From contig CAXXHG010000042.1 in assembly GCA_963666315.2 (NCBI GenBank), forward strand, positions 1 through 43,943: a stretch of 43,943 nt of DNA, read 5' to 3'. Shown here one piece after another: positions 1-8,167 of the stretch (position 1 is the stretch's first letter; every line of letters begins with the position of its first letter). Both the position numbers and the translations under genes were made by a program. Under the pieces are notes generated by a model. That model saw only the letters and a list, made by a program, of their open reading frames with translations, was not told the DNA's origin and ran no database searches. Source of the DNA: Candidatus Binatia bacterium. Its GTDB lineage: Bacteria; Desulfobacterota; Binatia; Bin18.

Positions 1-194
1 ACGGCCCATCCGCAGTGGCAGTCTCTGCCCGCTGTTCAAAACAACCCATGTCTATGTTGCGGATGGGAATGCGTATTACAATCGGCCAGGTCCACGGGAT
101 TGTGGAAAGTACCGAAATCTTGGCCGAAATGCTCCACCCGGAAGAATGCGCCGGAATGGCTGTATCGGGGTCGTATATACAGATTCGTCCGTAA
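1..194 (+). CDS. C-terminal part of a BtuF-like cobalamin/iron-siderophore ABC substrate-binding protein (partial, two apparent +1 frameshifts)
   Basis: Removing one C at 45-47 and one G at 96-98 gives [48 protein letters not shown]...RP*, with the typical W..LPAV....VY....Y.NRPGPR class III binding-protein tail; TAA at 192-194. Confidence 0.75.
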   Translation, partial: [63 protein letters not shown]

Positions 195-232
195 CGGCGG
201 AGCAGCGGGCAGCGATACGCCGCGACGTCCGC

Positions 233-582
233 CTACCCCCACTCACCCGGATCAACGACCTGAAGCTTCCCCTCGCGAAACTCTTGTCCACGTTCTTTCA
301 CTATTTGAGGATAGCCGTGGTAGAACTGCCCGCTCAGGCGCAGAAAGGATTCCACCTCAGTTGTTCTTCAAGGTCGAGATCTTCAATTGCTCGGATAGCT
401 TCCTCCTTACTGGTTGCCTGGAGAAGGACATCAAAAATTAGCTGGTTTTCCTCTATTTGAAAGTCTTCACGGCGGGGCAGGTCCCCGCGGTTTCGGACAC
501 TGTCCGGATGAGATTCCAGCAGATAGCGTAGGGCTTTGAGTTCGTGTCGTTGTTGATCCAGCTTTTTTATTTTTTTGGCCAT
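233..582 (-). CDS. small hypothetical protein resembling the DnaB N-terminal / DnaG C-terminal helical domain; apparent frameshift near 364
   Basis: GGAGG 7 nt before ATG 582; E.KAL.YLL..PD.......EDF...NQ.IF pattern; adding one base near 364 continues EVESFLRLSGQFYHGYPQIVKERGQEFREGKLQVVDPGEWG* to TAG 233-235. Confidence 0.55.
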
Positions 583-675
583 GGTGCTGCCTCCGTATGA
601 TCAGCAAATCAGCAAATCGGGAATAGTCCAGAAGTCCGTTCCCTCTTTTCATGAACTGGTATATACACAAAAACT

Positions 676-1194
676 ATGGCTGTCACAGAACATAAAGGCA
701 AGGCACACTGGGCCGTTCGTTGCGCGATTATTACGGTGAGCGATACGCGCACAGAAGAGACGGATACAAGCGGCAGACGTATTAAAGAGCTTCTGGCCGC
801 GCACGACCATCCCGTAGTCGCCTATCAGATTCTCAAGGACGAGCCGGAACAGATCACGGCGGCCGTTCAGGCGCTGCTTGAACAGTCTGATGTGGACGCG
901 ATTATTACCAGCGGAGGGACGGGTATCGCCCCGCGCGATACGACCTTTGAGGCAATCCAGGAGCTGCTGGAAAAGGAGATTACGGGATTTGGGGAGATGT
1001 TCCGGATGTTGAGCTATGAGGATATTGGTACTTCTGCCATGCTGACCCGTGCCACGGCAGGGGTTGCCAACGGCAAAGTCATTGTATCTTTGCCCGGCTC
1101 AACGGGGGCGGTGGAACTCGGCATGAGCAAATTGGTGCTGCCCGAGCTGGGACATATGATGTTTCTGCTCCGAGGCGAACGGCATGCACGTTAG
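676..1194 (+). CDS. moaB: molybdenum cofactor biosynthesis protein B (MoaB/Mog family)
   Basis: ITVSDTR, D.SG, TSGGTGIAPRDTT, GFGEMFR, SLPGS motifs. Confidence 0.93.
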   Translation: MAVTEHKGKAHWAVRCAIITVSDTRTEETDTSGRRIKELLAAHDHPVVAYQILKDEPEQITAAVQALLEQSDVDAIITSGGTGIAPRDTTFEAIQELLEKEITGFGEMFRMLSYEDIGTSAMLTRATAGVANGKVIVSLPGSTGAVELGMSKLVLPELGHMMFLLRGERHAR

Positions 1195-1924
1195 ACTCCG
1201 CTTCTTTGCCTCGCTGCGGGAGCGTCTCGGGCGCGCTGAGGAAACGCGCGAGGTGCCCGCAGGAGCAACCGTTAATACGGTCTGGGAAGCGCTTAAACAC
1301 GAACACCCGGAGTTGGAGGCAATCGACAACGCGCTCGCCTTTGCCGTAGCACAGGAATACGTCGACAGGGATCACCTCCTCCAAAATAATGACGAACTTG
1401 CCTTTATCCCGCCCGTGAGTGGAGGATCCATGGCTGACATCCACGACCGCATCTCCTGTAAGATCACTCAGGATTCCATTAACCTGGACGAGCTCACGAC
1501 CTTTGTGTCTGATCCAGGTGCAGGAGCGACCACCACCTTCGTCGGTACGACGCGAGATACCAACGAGGGACGACGGGTCCTTCGTCTGGAATATGAGTGC
1601 TATCCCGACATGGCAGAAAAAGAGATGCGCAAGATCGGAACGGCGATCCTGAATCGCTGGCCAGTGCAGAAAATTGCCATGCTGCATCGGCTCGGTCAGG
1701 TCGATATTGGAGAAGCCAGCGTCGCGATTGCCGTCTCTGCCGGCCATCGGCGCGCCGCTTTTGAAGCCTGTCACTACGCCATAAATCAGCTCAAGGAAAC
1801 GGTTCCGATCTGGAAGAAGGAACTCTATGAAGGCGGCGAGCTGTGGATCGGCTCGCAAACGGGAACACACGGTAGCTTACAAAAGGCTCAAGAAGACGGG
1901 CACACCGTTGATCAAGAGGAATGA
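1184..1924 (+). CDS. moaX: molybdopterin synthase MoaD-MoaE fusion (MoaX-type)
   Basis: N-terminal ubiquitin-like domain (FFASLRE...FIPPVSGG) in frame with a MoaE domain (GATTTFVGTTR, LEYE.Y, HRLG, HR..AF, LKETVPIWKKE). Confidence 0.9.
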   Translation: MHVRLRFFASLRERLGRAEETREVPAGATVNTVWEALKHEHPELEAIDNALAFAVAQEYVDRDHLLQNNDELAFIPPVSGGSMADIHDRISCKITQDSINLDELTTFVSDPGAGATTTFVGTTRDTNEGRRVLRLEYECYPDMAEKEMRKIGTAILNRWPVQKIAMLHRLGQVDIGEASVAIAVSAGHRRAAFEACHYAINQLKETVPIWKKELYEGGELWIGSQTGTHGSLQKAQEDGHTVDQEE

Positions 1925-2002
1925 AGAAGGATTGCTCATTGCCTCATTTCGCATTGTTCATCAATTGAGAAAAACAAGACAACAAAACTGGATAACAGAC
2001 AT

Positions 2003-2866
2003 ATGACGACAGAAATTCGAACGGTGGGCATTGTAGGTACTGGGCAAATGGGGAGCGGCATCGGCCAGGTTGCGGCCCAAGCCGGATTTTCAGTCCTGCT
2101 GTATGATGTCACAAAGGAAATCGTTGAACGTGCCCTAGAGAATATTCAAAAGAATCTGGCCCGCTTGACAGATCGCGGGAAGCTCTCGATTGACGAGCAA
2201 CGCGCGATCCTAGGACGTTTGAGCGGCACTCCCGAGCTTGAAGACCTCGCTGTCGCGGATGTGATTATTGAGGCGGCCCCAGAAGAGTATACTATCAAAG
2301 AAAATATTTTTCGGAAACTGGACCGGATCACACGGCCTGAAGTCATTCTGGCGAGTAATACGTCTTCTATTTCACTCACCGAATTGGGTTCGGTGACCAA
2401 AAGACCGGAACAGGTCATCGGCATGCATTTTATGAACCCGCCTGTGGTCATGCAGTTAGTCGAGATTGTTCGCGGGCTCGCTACTGCCGATGAGACGTAT
2501 ACGACAATAGATGCACTGGCCAAAAAGATGGGCAAGATCACGATTCAAGCCCAGGACTATGCCGGCTTTGTGGTCAACCGTATCCTGCTGCCTATGATTA
2601 ATGAGGCTATCTATGCCGTGTATGAGGGTGTTGGAACGGTTGAGGATATTGACCAGGGTATGAAACTCGGCACGAATCAGCCTATGGGGCCCTTAGCTCT
2701 GGCGGATTTGATCGGGCTGGACACCTGCCTGGCGGTGTTAGAGCGCCTGCAGCATGGCTTAGGCGATGACAAATACCGCCCCTGCCCACTGCTGCGCAAC
2801 TATGTCGCAGCGCGGTATTTGGGCCGGAAAACAGGCAAAGGGTTTTACGACTATAGTAAGGCGTAA
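2003..2866 (+). CDS. hbd: 3-hydroxybutyryl-CoA dehydrogenase
   Basis: GTGQMGSGI Rossmann motif, LASNTSS, GMHFMNP, GFVVNR, PMGPL.LADLIGLD. Confidence 0.92.
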   Translation: MTTEIRTVGIVGTGQMGSGIGQVAAQAGFSVLLYDVTKEIVERALENIQKNLARLTDRGKLSIDEQRAILGRLSGTPELEDLAVADVIIEAAPEEYTIKENIFRKLDRITRPEVILASNTSSISLTELGSVTKRPEQVIGMHFMNPPVVMQLVEIVRGLATADETYTTIDALAKKMGKITIQAQDYAGFVVNRILLPMINEAIYAVYEGVGTVEDIDQGMKLGTNQPMGPLALADLIGLDTCLAVLERLQHGLGDDKYRPCPLLRNYVAARYLGRKTGKGFYDYSKA

Positions 2867-2872
2867 CTCGTC

Positions 2873-4045
2873 TCAAGAAGCAGAAGCCGCGGCTTGGCAG
2901 GCGGCAATATACGCGTCTTCGGCTTGTGCACACGACTGCGCTCGTTTTTTCCGGTCCGGATATAAAGACAGCAAAACCTCTCCGGTGGCGGCATAGCAGG
3001 CCTCTTTCGAGCCTTCGTCCAGCCGACGGCACAGAGCCAATCCGCGCTGGGGGTCAGCCTGGGTCAGAATAAAATCCTTTACCGCACCCACAAAACATTG
3101 TGTCGCGTTGTCTGAGCTGCCTTTCCGGCACAAGGCAATAGTTTTTGTCGGATCACGCAGGGTGTATCCACTGACATCACGACCGAGACTCTGATAGCAA
3201 ACCGGTACAAATTCTGCCGGCGCTTTTTCACACTCCTGAAACGCTTGGGCGAAATCGTACTGCGTAAAGGCCACAATGGCTGAGGATTGCATCCGATAAC
3301 AGGCGCGTTGATAGCGGTGGTCAATGGCGTTGCATGGATAGAGCGGATCTTCAGGCCGGAGCAAACTTTTCGGGCTTTCGTGCTGGGCCTGATGCCTATC
3401 CTGAGGTGCGTGATGTGTGTGATGTGGATGAAGATAAGCGACAATATTCTCCATAAATATCCCGCTGTAACACGACTCGCGCTCCCACGGGGAGGCCAAC
3501 GCATCACACGCAGCAAGCGCTTTGTGAATATTATGATTAAAGTACAAGGCCAGCCCATGACCGAGGCCGTGCAAACATTGATACCGCAAAAAAGTTGACT
3601 GCCACGTATCTATGATCGTGCTGCACACATTCGCGATATTTTCAGACTCCACTTCACGCAGGCTGCGCAAATAGCCTTCCAGCACCCCGTGATAACAGCC
3701 GGACCAAAAGGTCTCCCGGCAGTGAGCGAACGCCTCGGCTACGTCCTGATAATACGTAAACGAGGCCCGGCCAAGATGATGCGTATACGGGTGGGCATTA
3801 CGTAGCACATCGAGATCTTGGCTGGTCAGCTCTTCGAGGGCTGTGAGTGCCTGTTCAGTCCCATGCTTACGAAGAATTTCCCCCAGTCCCTTCTGATAAC
3901 ACGCACGCTTTTTCGCAGGAGTCTGTTTCCCGCCGCACTGACTCCAGAGTGCATCTGCTTCATTGCTCTGAGCAAAGCTATTCGTTACGAAAAGACCTGC
4001 ACCGATTATCCAAGCCAGAAGCCCAAAGAGATACCACTTCCGCAT
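2873..4045 (-). CDS. exported Cys/His-repeat helical protein of unknown function
   Basis: AGGAGA SD 5 nt before ATG 4045; signal peptide MRKWYLFGLLAW...SFA; repeated motifs HPYTHHLG, GCYHGVLEG, CLHGLGHG, CYSGIFMEN, CYQSLGRD, CFVGAVKD. Confidence 0.8.
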   Translation of the reverse strand: MRKWYLFGLLAWIIGAGLFVTNSFAQSNEADALWSQCGGKQTPAKKRACYQKGLGEILRKHGTEQALTALEELTSQDLDVLRNAHPYTHHLGRASFTYYQDVAEAFAHCRETFWSGCYHGVLEGYLRSLREVESENIANVCSTIIDTWQSTFLRYQCLHGLGHGLALYFNHNIHKALAACDALASPWERESCYSGIFMENIVAYLHPHHTHHAPQDRHQAQHESPKSLLRPEDPLYPCNAIDHRYQRACYRMQSSAIVAFTQYDFAQAFQECEKAPAEFVPVCYQSLGRDVSGYTLRDPTKTIALCRKGSSDNATQCFVGAVKDFILTQADPQRGLALCRRLDEGSKEACYAATGEVLLSLYPDRKKRAQSCAQAEDAYIAACQAAASAS

Positions 4046-4122
4046 TTTCGTCTCCTGATCTCTGTTTTTCACGACAGTCTGTTTCTTAGCAGAAAGGGAA
4101 ATACGAAGAGCAGCCTCTAGAG

Positions 4123-5112
4123 TCAAGCACGATACCGAACCCTATCGAGCAGGGTCGCAAGTTTCCGGATCGCACTCCACTGCTGTGTTTGCTCTCCCCA
4201 TAGGGAGCGGACACCTTCAACTCCGCCTAAAATGGCCAAGCCGCGTTGACCAACCTCGTGCAGTATTTCTCCAACGGCCCAGGCCATAGCCTGATCTGCA
4301 CGCTTATTTTCCAGCTTATGCGTTGACTGTAGATGCTGGTAATGCGCAGTCATGGCGTCGTCGAGTGTATCAATATTCAGGTTTGTCGCCGCACTGACAG
4401 CGAGCACGGGGTTCTGCCATGATCCTTCAAGTGACCCCTGATCAAACGATCCCCTCTCAAGCGCGAGCGCGGTCTGTACGTCGGACACTGCTTGCTGTGC
4501 CAAGGCTTGGTCATCTGCCTTGTTTACGGCAAGGATATCAGGAATTTCCATCACCCCAGCCTTTAGGAACTGAAGGACATCACCGGAAAACGGCTGCACC
4601 ACCAAAACTGTGGTATCGGCGAGGGAGGCGATATCGGTCTCACTCTGACCAACACCAACGGTTTCCACCAGGACCACATCACAGCAGTGGCGTAATAAAA
4701 AAACAGCGCTAAACGCCTCGCGACTCAGCCCACCAAGACGATCGCGAGCGGCAAAGCTTCGGGCGTAGACTTCCGCCTGGAGTGAAATCTGCATCCGACC
4801 TCGGTCACCTAACAGCGCCCCACCAGACACTTTGCTTGACGGATCAACGGCAACCACAGCTACGCGCCGGCTGATCTGAGCCTGTCGCGCAATCAATCGC
4901 GCAATCAGCGAGCTTTTCCCAACTCCAGGCGGGCCGGTGATGCCGACAACGTGCGCTGGTGCGGGCAGGGTTGAGAGTTCGTCGAGTAGCGTCAGCGCTT
5001 GCGCCTGAAGACGGGGACGGCGATCTTCAAGGAGATTAAGTGCAAGGGCGATGGCCTGGCGATTGAAATTCACCAGCGCAGAAACGTCGATCTGCAGAGC
5101 TTTTTCCTTCAC
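4123..5112 (-). CDS. meaB: MeaB/ArgK GTPase chaperone of B12-dependent mutase
   Basis: GPPGVGKS P-loop, AVDPSS, LLGDR, ETVGVGQSE, KAGVME, NKAD; lies directly downstream of the mutase. Confidence 0.92.
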   Translation of the reverse strand: MKEKALQIDVSALVNFNRQAIALALNLLEDRRPRLQAQALTLLDELSTLPAPAHVVGITGPPGVGKSSLIARLIARQAQISRRVAVVAVDPSSKVSGGALLGDRGRMQISLQAEVYARSFAARDRLGGLSREAFSAVFLLRHCCDVVLVETVGVGQSETDIASLADTTVLVVQPFSGDVLQFLKAGVMEIPDILAVNKADDQALAQQAVSDVQTALALERGSFDQGSLEGSWQNPVLAVSAATNLNIDTLDDAMTAHYQHLQSTHKLENKRADQAMAWAVGEILHEVGQRGLAILGGVEGVRSLWGEQTQQWSAIRKLATLLDRVRYRA

Positions 5113-5136
5113 TATTAATTGTAGACAATACAGACA

Positions 5137-5160
5137 GGGACAGGGCGTCGGCCCTCTCCC
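5137..5160. repeat. GC-rich hairpin (degenerate REP-like) between ecm and meaB
   Basis: GGGACAGGGC-gtcg-GCCCTCTCCC, a 10-bp stem with one mismatch. Confidence 0.45.
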
Positions 5161-5201
5161 AAAAGATTGTTAACCGAGAATTCAAAAAATACTGGCTGCC
5201 C

Positions 5202-7175
5202 TCAAGCCGCTTCTTCAGCGATGTCGACCATATCAGACAGAATACGCAGCATCTTAAAATCCTTCGGTGTGTACACGCGCGCGACCCCAGCCTGGCGGAG
5301 ATTCTCAGCATCATCTTCCGGAATAATGCCACCCACCACGACCGGAACGTTGTCGAGTCCTTCCTGGCGTAAACCAGTCAGGATCTCAGGAACCAGTCGC
5401 AGATGCGATCCGGACAAGATGCTCAGGCCAACTAGATGCACCCCTTCATCTCGTGCGCTAGTCACGATTTGTTCTGGAGAAAGACGGATGCCCTCGTACA
5501 CAACTTCCATCCCGGCATCACGGCACCACACCGCAATTTGCTCGGCACCATTTGAGTGTCCATCCAGACCAGGCTTACCAATCAAAACTTTGAGAGGCCG
5601 GCCCAAGATGTCCGCAGTCTTGCGGACTCGCATCCGGAGCGCCTCCAGTTCATCTCCGACCTTCCCACTCACGTTGGGTACTGCCGCTGCACCGGCGATG
5701 CCGGTCGGCGCTCGGAACTCTCCAAAAATGTCCCGCAACGTTTGCGTCCACTCTCCGGTCGTCACCCCGGCGTGTGCGCATTGAATAGACGCGGGCATGA
5801 TGTTCTCAGCATTCTTCACAGCATCACGCAGACTTAAGAGCGCCGCCTCAACATCGGCCTGGGTCCGTTCCGTTCGGAATGCCTCAAGCCGTGCAACCTG
5901 GTCGCGCTCGGCTTCCTCATCAACTTTCAAGATAGCTGAGGAATTTCCCGTATAGAGTGGAGATTCAGCCGTCTCGGTAAACTTGTTGACCCCAACGACA
6001 ACGTGATCGCCCGCGTTAATATTCCGCACCCGCGCAGTATGACTCGCAACAAGTTGCTCTTTGACATAGCCCAAGGCAGATATCACCCCGCCCATTTCAG
6101 TCACCCGTTCAACCTCAGCCCAGCCGGCCTGTCTAATGTCGTTCGTCTTGCCCTCGACGACCTTACTGCCCTCAAAAATATCCCCATACTCCAGCACGTC
6201 GGTCTCAAAAGCCAGAATCTGTTGAATACGCAGACTCCACTGCTGATCCCATGGTCGAGGCAAGCCTAAGGCTTCGTTCCAGGCGGGCAGTTGCATGGCA
6301 CGACAGCGGGCGTCCTTGCTGAGTGTCACGCCTAAGGCTTCCAATACGATCCGGGGGATATTGTTCTCAGGCTGGGCTTCGGTCAAGCCAAGCGAGTTCA
6401 CTTGTACCCCATACCGAAAGCGGCGGAATTTCGGATTCTCGACGCCGTAGCGCTCACGCGTCACGTTATCCCACAGTTGGCCAAAGGCTCGGAGCTTACA
6501 AATTTCCTCGATGAAACGCACCCCGGAGTTCACAAAGAAACTCATACGTCCGACCGCTGCGGTAAATTCAGCAGCTTCAAGTCGGCCGGAATCGCGCACG
6601 GTGTCAAGGATCGCAATTGCGGTACACAGCGCATACGCAACTTCTTGAACCGGTGTGGCTCCGGCTTCCTGGAGGTGGTAGGAGCACACATTGACCGGAT
6701 TCCACTTCGGCACGTTCTTGACGGTATACGTAATGACATCGCTGATGAGCCGCAGGCTGGGCTCAGGCGGGAAAATATACGTTCCGCGCGACAAGTATTC
6801 TTTAACAATATCGTTCTGCGTTGTTCCTTGGAGCGCCTCGGGTCCGACCCCCTGTCGCTCGGCCGCAGCAATATACAAGGCCAGAAGCCAGGCCGCCGGA
6901 CCATTAATCGTCATTGACGTATTCATCTGGTCGAGCGGGATGTCAGCAAACAGCGTGTCCATGTCGGCGACATGGCAAATGGGCACCCCAACTTTTCCAA
7001 CCTCGCCCCGGGCGAGTGCGTGGTCACTGTCGTAGCCGGTCTGCGTCGGCAGGTCGAAGGCAACCGAGAGGCCCGTTTGCCCTTTACTCAGATTCAGACG
7101 GTAGAGTTCGTTGCTGGCCTGCGCGGTTGAGTGACCAGAATAGGTCCGCATTACCCAAGGTCTGTCTTTTGTCAT
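5202..7175 (-). CDS. ecm: ethylmalonyl-CoA mutase (B12-dependent, MeaA/Ecm)
   Basis: DRPWVMRTYSGHS, GQTGLSVAFDLPTQTGYD, YGVQVNSLGLTE, B12-binding GKPGLDGHSNGA; ATG 7175 with AAGGA SD. Confidence 0.93.
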   Translation of the reverse strand: MTKDRPWVMRTYSGHSTAQASNELYRLNLSKGQTGLSVAFDLPTQTGYDSDHALARGEVGKVGVPICHVADMDTLFADIPLDQMNTSMTINGPAAWLLALYIAAAERQGVGPEALQGTTQNDIVKEYLSRGTYIFPPEPSLRLISDVITYTVKNVPKWNPVNVCSYHLQEAGATPVQEVAYALCTAIAILDTVRDSGRLEAAEFTAAVGRMSFFVNSGVRFIEEICKLRAFGQLWDNVTRERYGVENPKFRRFRYGVQVNSLGLTEAQPENNIPRIVLEALGVTLSKDARCRAMQLPAWNEALGLPRPWDQQWSLRIQQILAFETDVLEYGDIFEGSKVVEGKTNDIRQAGWAEVERVTEMGGVISALGYVKEQLVASHTARVRNINAGDHVVVGVNKFTETAESPLYTGNSSAILKVDEEAERDQVARLEAFRTERTQADVEAALLSLRDAVKNAENIMPASIQCAHAGVTTGEWTQTLRDIFGEFRAPTGIAGAAAVPNVSGKVGDELEALRMRVRKTADILGRPLKVLIGKPGLDGHSNGAEQIAVWCRDAGMEVVYEGIRLSPEQIVTSARDEGVHLVGLSILSGSHLRLVPEILTGLRQEGLDNVPVVVGGIIPEDDAENLRQAGVARVYTPKDFKMLRILSDMVDIAEEAA

Positions 7176-7243
7176 GTCTGATCCTTGCGTCGCCGATTCA
7201 GCAGAATGTTCGAAAGAATAGCATATTCTGAGAGCATTCCTAA

Positions 7244-7372
7244 GAACCTCTCCGCATAACGGTTTCCAGGTGCCCTGTTGAGTGTCGCGAAACATCGCTA
7301 CGCCTAGGGGAGAGATTCTTCGCCTCACTCAGAATGACAGAACCGGGTGCCCATGGTTATTCGGATAGGCGC
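7244..7372. mobile_element. MITE-like element A (129 bp) carrying an inverted REP doublet
   Basis: 17-bp TIRs GAACCTCTCCGCATAAC / GCGCCTATCCGAATAAC (13/17 identical); TAA duplicated at 7241-7243 and 7373-7375; internal inverted 28-mers at 7271-7298 and 7312-7339. Confidence 0.75.
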
Positions 7373-7405
7373 TAAAGAGAAAGGGCGATTTTCCCGATCT
7401 CATCT

Positions 7406-7435
7406 TTGAATCGGTGCCCCTCGGTATTGTAGAAT
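7406..7435 (+). promoter_or_regulatory. putative sigma70 promoter for ORF 7457
   Basis: TTGAAT-N18-TAGAAT followed by a GGAAGGAGG SD. Confidence 0.45.
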
Positions 7436-7456
7436 CAAAGGAAGGAGGGATCCCAT

Positions 7457-7951
7457 ATGGGCCTGGCAGTCAGTGGCTATACTGTTTTCATGTTGGGATT
7501 GTTTGTCCTGAGCGTTTTTGCGCTCGGTCTCAAAGCCGCTCTGTGGGGGTTCGGGATTTTACACGTCGGCTGTGCTCTGGTCGTCCTCGGGCTCTGGCGG
7601 CACGAGGAACGAACCCAATCGTATATGCAAGACCCCGACATGCCGCTCGATCTGACCCCAGGGACTTCGGTTTTCTCGCCAACTGGGGAACTCATCGTGC
7701 CTTCTTTGAAAAACATGTCGCCCTTACCAAATACCTTGGCAGAATCCGCATCGGACGAGCCTGAGCCCAACCTATTTGAGGAGCAGGTCAAGGGTATCAC
7801 CGAACGTGTCAGTGCAGTCTATCCACTGATCAACCGGGAAGATATTCACAAAATTGTCTGGATGTCATTGCTCGAAATGACCCACAAGCAGGGCCAAGAG
7901 AGCGCCCAAGACGATGGCTCTATCCCGGAAAAAATTCGGAAAGTCGCTTAG
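7457..7951 (+). CDS. hypothetical membrane protein (two N-terminal TM helices, acidic soluble tail)
   Basis: strong SD; hydrophobic residues 1-47; no recognised family. Confidence 0.7.
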   Translation: MGLAVSGYTVFMLGLFVLSVFALGLKAALWGFGILHVGCALVVLGLWRHEERTQSYMQDPDMPLDLTPGTSVFSPTGELIVPSLKNMSPLPNTLAESASDEPEPNLFEEQVKGITERVSAVYPLINREDIHKIVWMSLLEMTHKQGQESAQDDGSIPEKIRKVA

Positions 7952-8099
7952 AATGCATAACAAAACTGCCTGAAGCACGCTGTCAGCGCCCCAACCCCGC
8001 CCCTGGATTCCCGTTTCCACGGGAATGACAGTTCTTTTTGTGTCATACCTGCGCAAGCAGGTATCCAGGCCTACGGGACAAGAGTTTTGTGAGTGGCTC
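7951..8099. mobile_element. MITE-like element B (149 bp) carrying an inverted REP doublet
   Basis: 17-bp TIRs GAATGCATAACAAAACT / GAGCCACTCACAAAACT (11/17 identical); TTA duplicated at 7948-7950 and 8100-8102; internal inverted 29-mers at 8002-8030 and 8041-8069. Confidence 0.7.
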
Positions 8100-8123
8100 T
8101 TAGAACTGGCAGGATCTGCAAGG

Positions 8124-8152
8124 GGGACCAGGTAAGGTCACCTCGTCCCTAC
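8124..8152 (-). repeat. GTAG-tagged REP-like palindrome, possibly also acting as a terminator
   Basis: minus strand reads GTAGGGACGAGGT-gacctt-ACCTGGTCCC; lies between convergent genes; TTTT follows on the + strand. Confidence 0.6.
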
Positions 8153-8167
8153 TTTTGTCAGAAGGTT

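Noticed and set aside
7176-7328. 51-aa extension of ecm
   Set aside because: Runs through the promoter and MITE A; an SD and homology support ATG 7175.
7176-7456. Cobalamin riboswitch upstream of the B12-dependent ecm
   Set aside because: No B12-box or GGGAA...GCCCCCGCAACTGT-type core seen; the space is explained by MITE A and promoters.
7244-8152. Possible CRISPR array from 28-29 bp palindromic repeats
   Set aside because: The repeats are inverted pairs, not direct repeats with spacers; no cas genes are present.
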